A stretch of DNA of 64,000 nucleotides from Candidatus Eiseniibacteriota bacterium (GTDB lineage: Bacteria; Eisenbacteria; RBG-16-71-46), in NCBI GenBank assembly GCA_963776245.1, contig CAVZLN010000006.1, forward strand, positions 640,001 to 704,000, written 5' to 3'. Below, one piece after another: positions 22,280 to 33,200 of the stretch. The stretch's first letter is position 1. Every line of letters starts with the position of its first letter. The notes under the pieces are model-generated. The model was given only the letters and a program-made list of their open reading frames with translations, had not been told where the DNA came from and did no database searches. Position numbers and translations under genes: made by a program.

Positions 22280-22439
22280 CTTCCGGGCAGGTTTCCTGGC
22301 TCAGGACCGTGCGGATCCTCGCCTTCCCAGCCCGGAGGCCAGTGGCGTACAGAGGATCCTGGGGACCATCACAGTGGCGGGACCGCGGGGGATTCACACC
22401 CCCTTCCCTTTCAACCCACGACGTGCGGGCACCCGGAAG
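22280..22439 (-). ncRNA. Cobalamin (B12) riboswitch
   Basis: Minus strand reads CTTCCGGGTGCC...AAAGGGAA.GGGGTG.GAATCCCC...CCCGCCACTGT...GCCACTG...GGGAAGGC...GAGCCAGGAAACCTGCCCGGAAG, with the B12 box and a closing P1 helix CTTCCGGG/CCCGGAAG. Confidence 0.93.
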
Positions 22440-22555
22440 ATGTCGCGCGCACCATGCCCCCCGCGTCCGCTCCCGTCAAGTGGGGAGCCGCGCCGGGTGG
22501 TACGCTCGCTCGCGCCGCGCGACGGCGCGCCCGCTCGACACCCGAGGAGCCTCGC

Positions 22556-23035
22556 ATGCAGGAGATCGCGCTCAAGGTCATCGCCACGGTGCGCAACGCG
22601 CGCACCGGCACCTCCGACGACACCGCGTGGGGCGCCGTGGAGTCGGTGATCGAGATGGCGCCCGGGTACGCCGACGGGCTCGCCGGTCTCGACTCGTTCT
22701 CCCACGTGCTGGTGGTGTTCTTCATGGACCGCGACGTCGGCGAGGCCCCGGCGCTCCAGCGCCGCCCGCGCGGACGCCCCGACATGCCGCTGCTCGGCGT
22801 GTTCGCCCAGCGCGGGCGCAACCGCCCCAACCCGATCGGGGTGACCGCGGCGACGCTGGTGCGGGTGGAGCCCGGCCGGGTGGTGGTGTGCGGGCTCGAC
22901 GCGGTGGACGGCACCCCGGTGCTCGACCTCAAGCCCTACGTACCGGCGTTCGACCGCCGCGATCCGGCGCGCCTTCCGGAGTGGATGCCGCGCCTGATGC
23001 GCGACTACTTCTTCCCCGGCGACGCGACGCCCTGA
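22556..23035 (+). CDS. tsaA: TsaA/TrmO-family SAM-binding protein (single domain)
   Basis: 'GL..FSH..V.F', 'GVFAQR...RPNPIG' and 'GLDAVDGTPVLDLKPY'; GAGGAG RBS. Confidence 0.85.
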   Translation: MQEIALKVIATVRNARTGTSDDTAWGAVESVIEMAPGYADGLAGLDSFSHVLVVFFMDRDVGEAPALQRRPRGRPDMPLLGVFAQRGRNRPNPIGVTAATLVRVEPGRVVVCGLDAVDGTPVLDLKPYVPAFDRRDPARLPEWMPRLMRDYFFPGDATP

Positions 23036-23044
23036 TCGCGGTGG

Positions 23045-23761
23045 CTATCGCCGCTGGTCGGCAAGCGCGCAGGCGCGGCGGAACACCGCGTGCCACATCG
23101 GGCGCGTGAGCCGGCCGGTGTTGGTGTTCTGGCGGCTCGGATGGTACGAGGCGAGCAGCGTCACGCCCTCGAGCGTGGCCTCCGCGCCGTGCGCGAAGCG
23201 CGGGCGCTCGCGGGCGGCGAGGCGCTCCCACCAACCCGTGGCGCGCAGCCAGGCCTCGTGCCCGATGCGGCCGAGCGTCACCACCACGCGCACCTCGCGC
23301 AGCAGCGCACACTCCGCGGCGAGGAACCCGCGGCAGCGCTCGAGCTCGGCCCCGGTGGGCCGGTTGGCGGGCGGCGCGCACCGTCCCGCCGCGGTGACGT
23401 ACGCGCCGGTCAGCCGCAGACCGTCGTCGCGTCCCACGCTGGTCGGCTGGTTCGCGAAGCCCTCGGCGTGGAGCGCCTCGTAGAGCCAGTCGCCGCTCGA
23501 GTCCCCGGTGAACACGCGCCCGGTGCGATTGCCGCCGTGCGCCGCCGGGGCGAGGCCGACCACCAGCAGCCGGGCGTTCGCGTCGCCGAAGCCCGGGACC
23601 GGACGGCCCCAGTAGAGCTGGTCGCGGAACTCGCGCTTGCGCTCGCGCGCGACCGCGGCGCAGTGCGCGCGCAGACGCGGGCACGCCTCGCACTCCACGA
23701 TCGCCCGCGCCACCGCCGCGAGCGTGCGCGGGCTCGCCGCGGGCCTCAGCGGCCGGGCCAT
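23045..23761 (-). CDS. Uracil-DNA glycosylase, family 5 (UdgB-like, Fe-S)
   Basis: 'C..CPRL', 'GLAPAAHGGNRTGRVFTGD.SG' and 'YHPSRQNTNTGRL'. Confidence 0.92.
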   Translation of the reverse strand: MARPLRPAASPRTLAAVARAIVECEACPRLRAHCAAVARERKREFRDQLYWGRPVPGFGDANARLLVVGLAPAAHGGNRTGRVFTGDSSGDWLYEALHAEGFANQPTSVGRDDGLRLTGAYVTAAGRCAPPANRPTGAELERCRGFLAAECALLREVRVVVTLGRIGHEAWLRATGWWERLAARERPRFAHGAEATLEGVTLLASYHPSRQNTNTGRLTRPMWHAVFRRACALADQRR

Positions 23762-23882
23762 GCCACGCGGGCTCCGGGCCGCCGGGCTCGCCGCGGCCCC
23801 GGTGTGCGCAGCCGCCGGCGCGATCCCATACGGTCAGCATAGGAGGCTTGATTCGCCCTGGGCAAGCCCCTAGATTCCCCCG

Positions 23883-25883
23883 GTGCTCGAACGCATAAGG
23901 GACGTCCTGACCGCCCTGCGGGAACTCCTCATCGGGCGTCCCAAGAACCTCCTCGACCCGCATATCCATCACAGCCTGGCCCTCATCGCGATCTTCGCAT
24001 GGGTGGGCCTTGGCTCGGACGGGCTGTCGTCCTCGTCCTACGGGCCCGAGGAGGCGTTCCTCCACCTCGGCGCGCACCAGCATCTCGCCATCTTCCTCGC
24101 GCTCGCGACGGTCATCACCATCTTCCTGATCTCGGCCTCGTACGGGCAGATCATCGAGCTGTTCCCGAGCGGCGGCGGCGGCTACCTGGTGGCGACCAAG
24201 CTGCTCGGCACCTACCCCGGGGTGATCTCGGGCTCGGCGCTGGTGGTGGACTACATCCTCACCATCGCGATCTCGGTGGCCTCGGGATGCGACGCGATCT
24301 TCTCGTTCCTTCCCCACGGCCTGAGCGGCTTCAAGGTCGGCGTCGAGCTGCTCATCATCCTCGGGCTCACCGCCCTCAACCTGCGCGGGGTGAAGGAGTC
24401 CGTGCAGGTGCTGATGCCCATCTTCGTGGCCTTCGTGATCACCCACGTGGTGCTGATCCTCAAAGGCATCCTCGGACACACGACCCTGCTCCCCCACCTG
24501 CTCGGCGACACGCTGCGCGACACCCAGGGCGCGGTGCAGGATCTCGGACTGTGGGGGGTCATCTTCGTCTTCCTCCGCGCCTTCTCGCTCGGCGGCGGCA
24601 CGTTCACCGGCATCGAGGCGGTCAGCAACAGCACCGACATCCTGCGCGAGCCGCGGGTCGAGACCGGCAAGCGCACCATGCTCTACATGGCGTTCTCGCT
24701 GTCGTTCGTCTCGGGCGGCATCCTGCTGTGCTACCTGCTCAACGGCGTCGGGCACGCCGAGGGCAAGACGCTCAACGCCACGCTGTGGGAGATCATCATC
24801 GGCGGCTGGAACATCGGCGGCTTCAACGTCGGGCCGGCGGTCGTGATCATCACGCTGCTCAGCGAGGGCGCGCTGCTGTTCGTGGCCGCGCAGACCGGAT
24901 TCGTCGCCGGCCCGCGCACGCTGGCGGCGATGGCGGTGGACCACTGGGTGCCCAAGCGCATGGCGCACCTGTCCGAGCGGCTGGTCACCCAGAACGGCGT
25001 CCTCGCCATGGGCGCGGCGGCCGCGATGGTGCTGCTCTACTCCCACGGCGCGGTGCGGCTGCTCGTCATCATGTACTCCATCAACGTGTTCATGACGTTC
25101 ACGCTATCGCAGCTCGGCATGGTGCGGCACTGGTGGAACGAGCGCCACGCGCTCGGACACTGGCGCCGGCGCATGATCGTGGCCAGCCTCGGCACCGCGG
25201 TCACCGGCGGCATCCTCGTCATCACGTCGGTGGTCAAATTCGGCGAGGGCGGCTGGGTCACCCTGGTCGCGACCGCGTGCCTGATCGCGTTCTGCTTCAT
25301 CGTGCGGCGCCACTACCACCGGGTGCGCACCATGCTCTCGTCGCTCGACGAGGTGCTCACCAACCTGCCGCTGCCCGAGCCCAAGGAGGTCGCCGAGCTG
25401 GCGCCCGACGGGCCCACCGCCATCGTGCTGGTGGAGTCGTACGCCGGCCTCGGCATCCACACGCTGCTGTCGGTGCAGCGCATGTTCCCGCGCCACTTCA
25501 AGAACTTCGTCTTCTGCTCGGTCGGCCTGGTGGACTCCGGCCAGTTCAAGGGCACCGCCGACATGCAGGCGCTCGAGGAGAAGGTGCGCAAGGACCTCGG
25601 GCAGTACGTGAACCTCGCGCAACGCATGGGTTACTACGCGGAATACCGCTACACGCTCGGCACCGACCTGATCGAGGAGCTCGAGCACATGTGCATGGAC
25701 CTCATCAAGGAGTTCCGGCGCCCGGTGGTGTTCGCCGGCCAGCTGGTGTTCCAGCGCGAGAGCCTGTTCACGCGCACGCTGCACCACGAGACCGCGTTCT
25801 CGGTCCAGCGCCGGCTGCAGTTCCGCGGGGTCCAGGTCATCATCCTGCCGATCCGCGTGTGGGAGCGGAAGGGCGCGGCCTGA
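23883..25883 (+). CDS. APC-superfamily KimA-like potassium/amino-acid transporter, copy 1
   Basis: 'DGLSSSSYGPEE', 'FPSGGGGY', 'VDYILT' and 'FTGIEAVSN'; ~12 TM helices plus a cytoplasmic C-terminal domain. Confidence 0.85.
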   Translation: MLERIRDVLTALRELLIGRPKNLLDPHIHHSLALIAIFAWVGLGSDGLSSSSYGPEEAFLHLGAHQHLAIFLALATVITIFLISASYGQIIELFPSGGGGYLVATKLLGTYPGVISGSALVVDYILTIAISVASGCDAIFSFLPHGLSGFKVGVELLIILGLTALNLRGVKESVQVLMPIFVAFVITHVVLILKGILGHTTLLPHLLGDTLRDTQGAVQDLGLWGVIFVFLRAFSLGGGTFTGIEAVSNSTDILREPRVETGKRTMLYMAFSLSFVSGGILLCYLLNGVGHAEGKTLNATLWEIIIGGWNIGGFNVGPAVVIITLLSEGALLFVAAQTGFVAGPRTLAAMAVDHWVPKRMAHLSERLVTQNGVLAMGAAAAMVLLYSHGAVRLLVIMYSINVFMTFTLSQLGMVRHWWNERHALGHWRRRMIVASLGTAVTGGILVITSVVKFGEGGWVTLVATACLIAFCFIVRRHYHRVRTMLSSLDEVLTNLPLPEPKEVAELAPDGPTAIVLVESYAGLGIHTLLSVQRMFPRHFKNFVFCSVGLVDSGQFKGTADMQALEEKVRKDLGQYVNLAQRMGYYAEYRYTLGTDLIEELEHMCMDLIKEFRRPVVFAGQLVFQRESLFTRTLHHETAFSVQRRLQFRGVQVIILPIRVWERKGAA

Positions 25884-25896
25884 GGGCGGCCCCGCC

Positions 25897-27885
25897 ATGC
25901 TGAAACGCGTGCGCGGCGCCCTGATCGGCGCTCCCAGGAACCTCCTCGATCCGCACATCCACCATCGGCTCGCCCTGATCGCGTTCTTCGCGTGGGTCGG
26001 GCTGGGCTCGGACGGGCTGTCGTCGTCGTCCTACGGCCCCGAGGAGGCGTTCCTCGCGCTCGGCGCGCACACCCACCTCGCGCTCTACCTGGCGGTGGCG
26101 CTGGTGCTCACGGTGTTCCTGATCTCGGCCTCGTACTCCCAGATCATCGAGCTGTTCCCGAGCGGCGGCGGCGGCTATCTGGTGGCCACGCGCCTGCTCT
26201 CGCCCGGCCTCGGGCTGGTCTCCGGCAGCGCGCTGGTGATCGACTACATGCTCACCGTGGCGACCTCCGTGGCCTCGGGCTGCGACGCCATCTTCTCGTT
26301 CCTGCCGGGCCTCACGGGGGTCAAGCTCGAGGCCGAGTTCGCGGTCATCGCGGGGCTCACGCTGCTCAACCTGCGCGGCGTGCGCGAGTCGGTGGCGGCG
26401 CTGGTGCCGATCTTCCTCGCCTTCGTCGTCACCCATCTCGGGCTCATCCTGTGGGGGATCCTCTCCCATGGCCCGGCGCTCGGGCACCTGGTCGCCGACA
26501 CCGTCGCCGACACCCATTCCGCGATCGGCGAGGTCGGGCTGCTGGGGGTGCTGGCGATCTCGCTGCGCGCGTTCTCGCTCGGCGGCGGCACGTTCACCGG
26601 CATCGAGGCGGTGAGCAACGGCGTCCAGATCCTGCGCGAGCCGCGGGTGAGGACCGCGAAGCGGACCATGCTCTACATGGCCGCCTCGCTCTCGTTCACC
26701 GCCGGCGGGATCCTGCTGTGCTACCTGCTCAATGGCGTCACGCACGAGCCCGGCCGGACGCTCAACGCGTCGCTCTGGGCGCTCCTGACGCACGGCTGGC
26801 ACATCGGCCGGTTCGACCTCGGGCCCCCGATCGTGGTGATCACGCTGATCAGCGAGGGCGCGCTGCTGTTCGTCGCCGCGCAGACCGGGTTCATCGACGG
26901 GCCGCGGACGCTCTCGGTGATGGCGGTCGACCGCTGGGTGCCGAGCCGGTTCGCGCATCTCTCGGAACGCCTCGTCACCCAGAACGGCGTGCTGCTCATG
27001 GGCGCGGCCACCATCGCGGTACTGGCCTACACGCGCGGCGCGGTGAAGCTGCTGGTGGTGATGTACTCGATCAACGTGTTCATCACCTTCACGCTGTCGC
27101 AGGCCGGCATGGTGCGCCACTGGTGGCAGGTGCGGCGCTCCGAGGCCCACTGGCGCCGCCGGCTGGTGCTCGCCGGGCTCGGCGCGCTGGTCACCGCGCT
27201 GATCCTCGCGGTCACCTCGGTGGTCAAATTCGGCGAGGGCGGCTGGGTCACGCTCGCGGTGACTGCCGTGTTCGCCGGCGTGTGCCTGCTGATCCGCCGC
27301 CACTACCGCCAGGTCGGCGAGATCATGAAGGGGCTCGACGACACGCTGCTCGATCTGCCGTTCCACGACGACGTCCCCGAGCGCGCGCTGGCGCCCAACG
27401 GACCCACCGCCGTGGTGTGCGTCGGGGCCTACGACGGTCTCGGGGTGCACACGCTGCTGTCGGTGCAGCGCCTGCTGCCGCACCACTTCAAGAACGTCGT
27501 GTTCGTGTCTGCGGGCATCGTGGACTCGGGGCGATTCAAGGGCGCCGACAGCACGCGGGCCCTCGAGGACCAGGTGGCCGCCGATCTGGGCCAGTACGTC
27601 CGCCTCGCCAACCGCATGGGGTACTATGCCGAATATCGGTACGCGCTCGGCACCGATTCGGTCGAGGAACTCGAGGCGCTGTGCGCCTCGCTCACCCGCG
27701 AGTTCCGCGGGGTGACGGTGTTCCTCGGCCAGCTGGTGTTCGAGCGCGAGAATCTGTTGACGCGCGTGCTGCATCAGGAGACGGCGTTCGCGATCCAGCG
27801 GCGCCTGCAGTTCCGCGGGATGCAGTCGGTCATCCTGCCGATCCGGGTCTGGGAGCCGAAGGCGTCCGGGCCCGGGATCGGCTGA
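25897..27885 (+). CDS. APC-superfamily KimA-like transporter, copy 2 (tandem paralogue)
   Basis: Same motifs and colinear with 23883..25883 over the full length. Confidence 0.85.
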   Translation: MLKRVRGALIGAPRNLLDPHIHHRLALIAFFAWVGLGSDGLSSSSYGPEEAFLALGAHTHLALYLAVALVLTVFLISASYSQIIELFPSGGGGYLVATRLLSPGLGLVSGSALVIDYMLTVATSVASGCDAIFSFLPGLTGVKLEAEFAVIAGLTLLNLRGVRESVAALVPIFLAFVVTHLGLILWGILSHGPALGHLVADTVADTHSAIGEVGLLGVLAISLRAFSLGGGTFTGIEAVSNGVQILREPRVRTAKRTMLYMAASLSFTAGGILLCYLLNGVTHEPGRTLNASLWALLTHGWHIGRFDLGPPIVVITLISEGALLFVAAQTGFIDGPRTLSVMAVDRWVPSRFAHLSERLVTQNGVLLMGAATIAVLAYTRGAVKLLVVMYSINVFITFTLSQAGMVRHWWQVRRSEAHWRRRLVLAGLGALVTALILAVTSVVKFGEGGWVTLAVTAVFAGVCLLIRRHYRQVGEIMKGLDDTLLDLPFHDDVPERALAPNGPTAVVCVGAYDGLGVHTLLSVQRLLPHHFKNVVFVSAGIVDSGRFKGADSTRALEDQVAADLGQYVRLANRMGYYAEYRYALGTDSVEELEALCASLTREFRGVTVFLGQLVFERENLLTRVLHQETAFAIQRRLQFRGMQSVILPIRVWEPKASGPGIG

Positions 27886-27929
27886 GTCGGGCGCGGCCCC
27901 CACCCGTCGCGCCGTCCGAAGGAGGAGCG

Positions 27930-28706
27930 ATGTACCAGATCGACATGCGGGGCAAGCACGCGCTGGTGATGGGCGTGGCCAACCACCGCAGCCTGTCGTG
28001 GTCGATCGCGGAGCACCTGTCGAAGGCCGGTGCACGCGTCTGCCTGACCTACGCGAACGAGCGGCTCCAGCCGATGGTGGAGGAACTGGCGGCCACGCTG
28101 CCGCACGCGTTCACCGCCGAGTGCGACGTCACCAAGGACTACCAGATCGACGAGGTGCGCAAGAAGATCGAGGGGCGCTGGGGCTCGCTCGACGTGCTGG
28201 TGCACGGCATCGCGTTCGCGCGCAAGGCGGACCTCGAGGGCAGCTTCGTCGCCACCCCGCGCGACGGCTTCCAGCTCGCGCTCGACGTGAGCGCCTACTC
28301 GTTCATCAACGTGACCCACCGCATGCTCCCGCTGCTCGAGATCGAGGGCGGCAGCATCGTGACCCTCACCTACCTCGCCGCCCAGCGCGCCATCCCCAAC
28401 TACAACGTGATGGGGAGCGCCAAGGCGGTGCTCGAGCAGAGCACGCGCCAGATGGCCTACGAGCTGGGGCCGAAGAACATCCGCGTCAACTGCATCTCGG
28501 CCGGTCCGGTGAACACGCTCGCGGCGCGTGGCATCCGCGGCTTCACCGACATGCTCAAGGAGCACGGCGGCGCGGCGCCGCTCGAGCGCAACATCACCAA
28601 GGACGAGGTGGGCAGCGCCGCCCTGTTCCTGCTCAGCGACATGGCGAGCGGGATCACCGGGACGACGCTCTACGTGGACGCCGGCTGGCACATCCTCGGG
28701 ATGTGA
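27930..28706 (+). CDS. fabI: Enoyl-ACP reductase
   Basis: 'GVANHRSLSW', 'DVSAYSF', 'PNYNVMGSAKA' and 'RVNCISAGPVNTLAA'; AAGGAGG RBS. Confidence 0.93.
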   Translation: MYQIDMRGKHALVMGVANHRSLSWSIAEHLSKAGARVCLTYANERLQPMVEELAATLPHAFTAECDVTKDYQIDEVRKKIEGRWGSLDVLVHGIAFARKADLEGSFVATPRDGFQLALDVSAYSFINVTHRMLPLLEIEGGSIVTLTYLAAQRAIPNYNVMGSAKAVLEQSTRQMAYELGPKNIRVNCISAGPVNTLAARGIRGFTDMLKEHGGAAPLERNITKDEVGSAALFLLSDMASGITGTTLYVDAGWHILGM

Positions 28707-28730
28707 CCGGCGCCCCGCGCCGGCGGGTCT

Positions 28731-29900
28731 CTAGCCCCCCGCCAGCCGGGCCGCTTCCTTCACCATCCACGAACCGATGATGTTGCGCTGGATCTGGTTG
28801 GTGCCCTCGTAGATCTGGGTGATCTTCGCGTCGCGCATCATCTTCTCGACCGGGTAATCGGTCATGTAACCGTACCCGCCGAAGATCTGCACCGCGTCGG
28901 TGGTGACCTTCATGGCCACGTCAGACGCGTACACCTTGGCCATCGCGCTCAGGTGCCCGATGTCCCGGATGTCACCGCGGTCCACCCGCCCGGCGAGGTC
29001 GTAGATCAGCGCCCGGGCCGCCTCGATCTGCATCCCCATGTCGGCGAGCATCCACTGCAGGCCTTGGAAGTTCATGATGCTCTGGCCGAACTGGTGGCGC
29101 GTGTGCGCGTACTTGAGGGTCTCCTCGAGCGCGCCCTCGGCGATGCCGAGCGCCTGGGCGCCCACGCCGGGACGCGAGATGTCGAAGGTCTTCATGGCGA
29201 CCATGAAGCCCTGGCCCTCCTTGCCCAGCAGGTTCGCCGCCGGGACGCGCGCGCCGTCGAAGATGAGCTCGCGCGTCACCGACGCGTGGATGCCCATCTT
29301 GGTCTCCTTCTTCCCGAACGTGAACCCGGGCGTGCCCTTCTCGATGATGAAGCACGACGCGCCGCGCGCTCCCTTCTCGGGATTCGTCAGCGCCACCGTG
29401 GTGTAGACGTCGGCCTCGCCGCCGTTGGTGATGAACACCTTGGTGCCGTTCAGGACGTACTCGTCGCCCTCGCGCCGCGCCGTGGTGCGCTGGGCGCCGG
29501 CGTCCGAGCCCGCCATCGGCTCGGTCAGGCCGAACGCGGCGAGCCGCTTCCCGGCGGCGATCGCAGGCAGGTACTTCTTCTTCTGCTCGTCGCTGCCGTG
29601 CAGCAGGATCGGGAAGGCGCCGAGCGCGGTGCCCGCGAACGCGAGCGCGATGCCGGCGCACGCCTTCGAGAGCTCCTCGGTCACCAGGCACATGTTGGTG
29701 ATGCCGTAGCCGTCCTCGACCAGGCCCTCGTAGGCGGTCGGGACGAACACCCGGAACAGGTCGACCTTCGCCAGTTCCTCGACGATGTCCCAGGGGAAGA
29801 TGTTCTCCTCGTCGTACTTCGCCCGGACCGGCTTGACCTTCTCCTCGGCGATGGTCCGCGCCAGATCGCGGATGGTCTGCTGCTCTTCGGTGAGGTGCAT
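28731..29900 (-). CDS. Acyl-CoA dehydrogenase (butyryl-CoA dehydrogenase-like)
   Basis: 'FGLTEPMAGSDA', 'NGTKVFITNG', 'QIFGGYGY' and 'RDAKITQIYEGTNQIQR'. Confidence 0.95.
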   Translation of the reverse strand: MHLTEEQQTIRDLARTIAEEKVKPVRAKYDEENIFPWDIVEELAKVDLFRVFVPTAYEGLVEDGYGITNMCLVTEELSKACAGIALAFAGTALGAFPILLHGSDEQKKKYLPAIAAGKRLAAFGLTEPMAGSDAGAQRTTARREGDEYVLNGTKVFITNGGEADVYTTVALTNPEKGARGASCFIIEKGTPGFTFGKKETKMGIHASVTRELIFDGARVPAANLLGKEGQGFMVAMKTFDISRPGVGAQALGIAEGALEETLKYAHTRHQFGQSIMNFQGLQWMLADMGMQIEAARALIYDLAGRVDRGDIRDIGHLSAMAKVYASDVAMKVTTDAVQIFGGYGYMTDYPVEKMMRDAKITQIYEGTNQIQRNIIGSWMVKEAARLAGG

Positions 29901-30217
29901 CGCGATCTCCATCGCCTCGATGTGGCCCCGCGGGGCCGTCACATCCCTCCGCGTCCGTCGTGGACGCGGACCCGCCGCGCGCGAGACCGGGGGGCCGGGG
30001 AGAGCGCTTCGCGATGCGGGGCCCGGTATGTCTAGCAGAAAGGTGGGCAACCCGGAAGCCCGGCGGGCCGGATGGTGATTATCGCTAGGATGGCCGCCGG
30101 CCCGCCTGATATCATTCCTGTGCTCTTTCGTACCCAGGTTGCCCCCGTGAGATCGCCTGTCGGCGATCCGGCCGCGCGGATGCCCTTGGAGCCTGACCCC
30201 CCGATCCGAGGTGAATC

Positions 30218-33200
30218 GTGTCCCGCACGTTGCTGCCCCCCGCCGTGCTCGCCGCCGCATGGGTCGCGCTCGGTTCCGCCGCGCCCGCCCGCGCGGTCAC
30301 CGTTCCGAGCGGATTCGTGGTCGAGAACGCCGTCTCCGGATCCGCCTTCTCGGGGCCGGTCGGGATGGCGTTCCTGCCCGATGGACGCTTCATCGTGTGC
30401 CAGCAGACCGGCACCGCCTACATGGTTCGCAACGGCGCCCGGCTCACGGCACCGGTGTGGAACGGCACCAACGAGGTGCTCAGCAACGGCGATCGCGGCC
30501 TGCTCGGGGTGGCGGTGGATCCGCGCTTCTTCCAGAACCACTACGTGTACTTCCTGTACACGGTGGACCCCGACTCGAACGGCGTCGACACCGACGCCAG
30601 CGGATTCGGCCGGCTGACGCGTTACACCATGCGCGCCACCGGGGACACCAACACGGTCGATCCGGCCACGCGCACCATCCTGATGGGGGTGGACTGGCGC
30701 CACGGCAAGCTCGACGGCGCCACTTCGCACAGCATCGGCTCGCTGCGCTGGGGACGCGACGGCAGCCTGCTGGTCTCGGCGGGCGAGGGCGCCGACTTCA
30801 ACCAGATGGACGCCGGGGGGCTCTACCCGGCCGCGTTCGGCAGCACCCGCACCGATCCGAATGAGGACATCGGCGCGTTCCGGGCGCAGGACATCACCAA
30901 TCTGGGCGGCAAGATCCTGCGCCTCGACCCGGCCACCGGGCTCGGCTATCCGAGCAATCCCTTCTACAACGGCGATCCGACCGCGGCGCGCTCGAAGGTA
31001 TGGGCGTACGGGTTCCGCAACCCGTTCCGATTCGGGCTGCGCCCCGGCACCGGGAGCACCGATCCCGCCGCGGGGAACCCGGGGGTGGCCTTCGTGGGAG
31101 ACGTGGGCTGGGCGACCTGGGAGGAACTGGATGTCGTCACGCTCGCGGGCCAGAACTTCGGCTGGCCGTGCAACGAGGGCTTCGGCCCCGTGCCCGTCTA
31201 CCAGAGCGCCGCCCCCGCCCACAACGGATGCGGCACCACTGGCACCGCCACCAATCCCTCGGGCTGGCGCCAGCCCGCGAGCGTGTGGCACCACACCCTG
31301 CCGACCCGCAGCGTGCCCCCGGGCGTCACGGGGATCGCGGCGGTGGGCGGCACGTTCTACGCCGACACGGTCTATCCCGGCCAGTACCGCGGGCGGTACT
31401 TCTTCGCGGACTACGGCGGCGACTGGATCCGGGCCGCGACCTTCAGCTCGACCAACAACCTGATCTCGATCGAGACGCTCGGCACCTCGATGGACGTGCC
31501 GGTGGACCTCCAGCGCAGCCCGGTCGACGGCAACCTTTACTACGTGTCCATCACCACCGGCCAGATCCGCCGCATCCGCTACACCGGCACGCCGGGCGGC
31601 AACGCGGCGCCGGTCGCGCCCGCGGTGGCCTCGCCGACCAGCGGGCCAGTGCCGCTCAGCGTGAGCTTCTCGGGCGCCGACACCTTCGACCCCGAGGGGG
31701 ACGCCCTCACCTTCGCGTGGACGTTCGGCGACGGGGGCACGTCGAGCCTCCAGAACCCCTCGCACCTCTACACCACCACGGGCACGTACACCGCCATCCT
31801 CACGGTGAGTGACGGACACGGCGGGCAGTCCCAGTCGTCCACGGTGATCACTGTGGGCGCCACGGGCTCGTTCCCCACCACGGCGGTGCTCGACAATTTC
31901 AACCGTCCCGACGGGCCGCTCGGATCGCCGTGGCTCGGCACCACCGGGCTCTCGATCTCGAGCAACCAGATGATCCATACCCTGGGGTACGCCAACCCGG
32001 TGTGGGGCGGCGCCAGCTTCGGTCCCGACCAGGAGGCCTACGTCACACTGGCCGCGGTCACGCCGGGCGCGCCCGAGCACGACCTGATGCTCAAGATCCA
32101 GGGCACCTCGGACGCCGCGGCGCATCTCGAGATCCGCTACGACGACAATCTCCAGTGGATCGCGATCGGCTCGTACGAACCGGGCGCCGGCTGGCGCGAG
32201 CACGGGATCATATCGCCGGCGACGTTCGTCGCCGGCGATCAGTTCGGCGCGCGCGCGCGCGCCGACGGCGTCGTGCAGGTGTTCAAGAACGGCGCCCTGC
32301 TCGGCAGTTACTCGGCGCTGACGTGGCCCTATGCCACCGCGGGCGGCTCGATCGGGATGACGCTCTCCCAGACCTTCCAGTCGCGGTTCGACGACTTCGG
32401 CGGCGGCAACCACGTGACCGTGAGCGCCAGCCCGGTGGCGGTGGTCACCTCGCCCAACGGGGGCGAGTCCTGGGCTGGCGGCTCGACGCACGCCATCCAG
32501 TGGACCGCCACCGACGACGTCGCGGTCACGCTCGTGGACCTGTTCTACCGCGAGCATGCCGGCTCGCCATGGACGCCGCTGGCGGTCGACATCCCGAACA
32601 CCGGCACCTTCGACTGGGCGGTGCACGACACCCCGACCAGCGACGCGCGCGTGCGCGTGGTGGCGTACGACGCCGATGGCCACTCCGGAGAGGACACCAG
32701 CAACGCCGACTTCGCGATCACGGCGCGCGGGGGCGGCATCGTGCACACCACCCTGCGCGACTTCACCATGCCCGGGACCCAGCCGCACGGCGCCGGCGGC
32801 TTCTCGAGCCAGTCCGCGTGCAACACCTGCCACAGCGGGTACTCCGCCGCGGTCGAGCCCGGGCGCACGGCGCGCGGCACCATGATGAGCAACGCCGCGC
32901 GCGACCCGTTGTTCTACGCCTGCCTCGCGGTCGCCGAGCAGGACGCGCCGAACGCGGGCGACCTGTGCATCCGCTGCCACGCGCCCATGTCGTGGCTGTC
33001 GGGCCTCAGCCAGCCCACCGATGGCTCGCGCATCGACGCGCTCGGGCGCGAGAGCGTGGGGTGCGACTTCTGCCACCGGCTGGTGGACCCCGTCTACAAG
33101 TCGGGCGTGAGCCCCGCGGAGGACCTCGCGGTGCTGAGCGGGATGCTGCCCTCGCACATCCCGACCGGCTACGCGAACGGCCAGTACGTGCTGGACTCCT

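Noticed and set aside
23762..23882. c-di-AMP (ydaO) riboswitch upstream of the KimA-like genes
   Set aside because: I could not find the conserved ydaO motifs, and a -10-like TAGATT sits 6 nt before the start, leaving no room for a leader.
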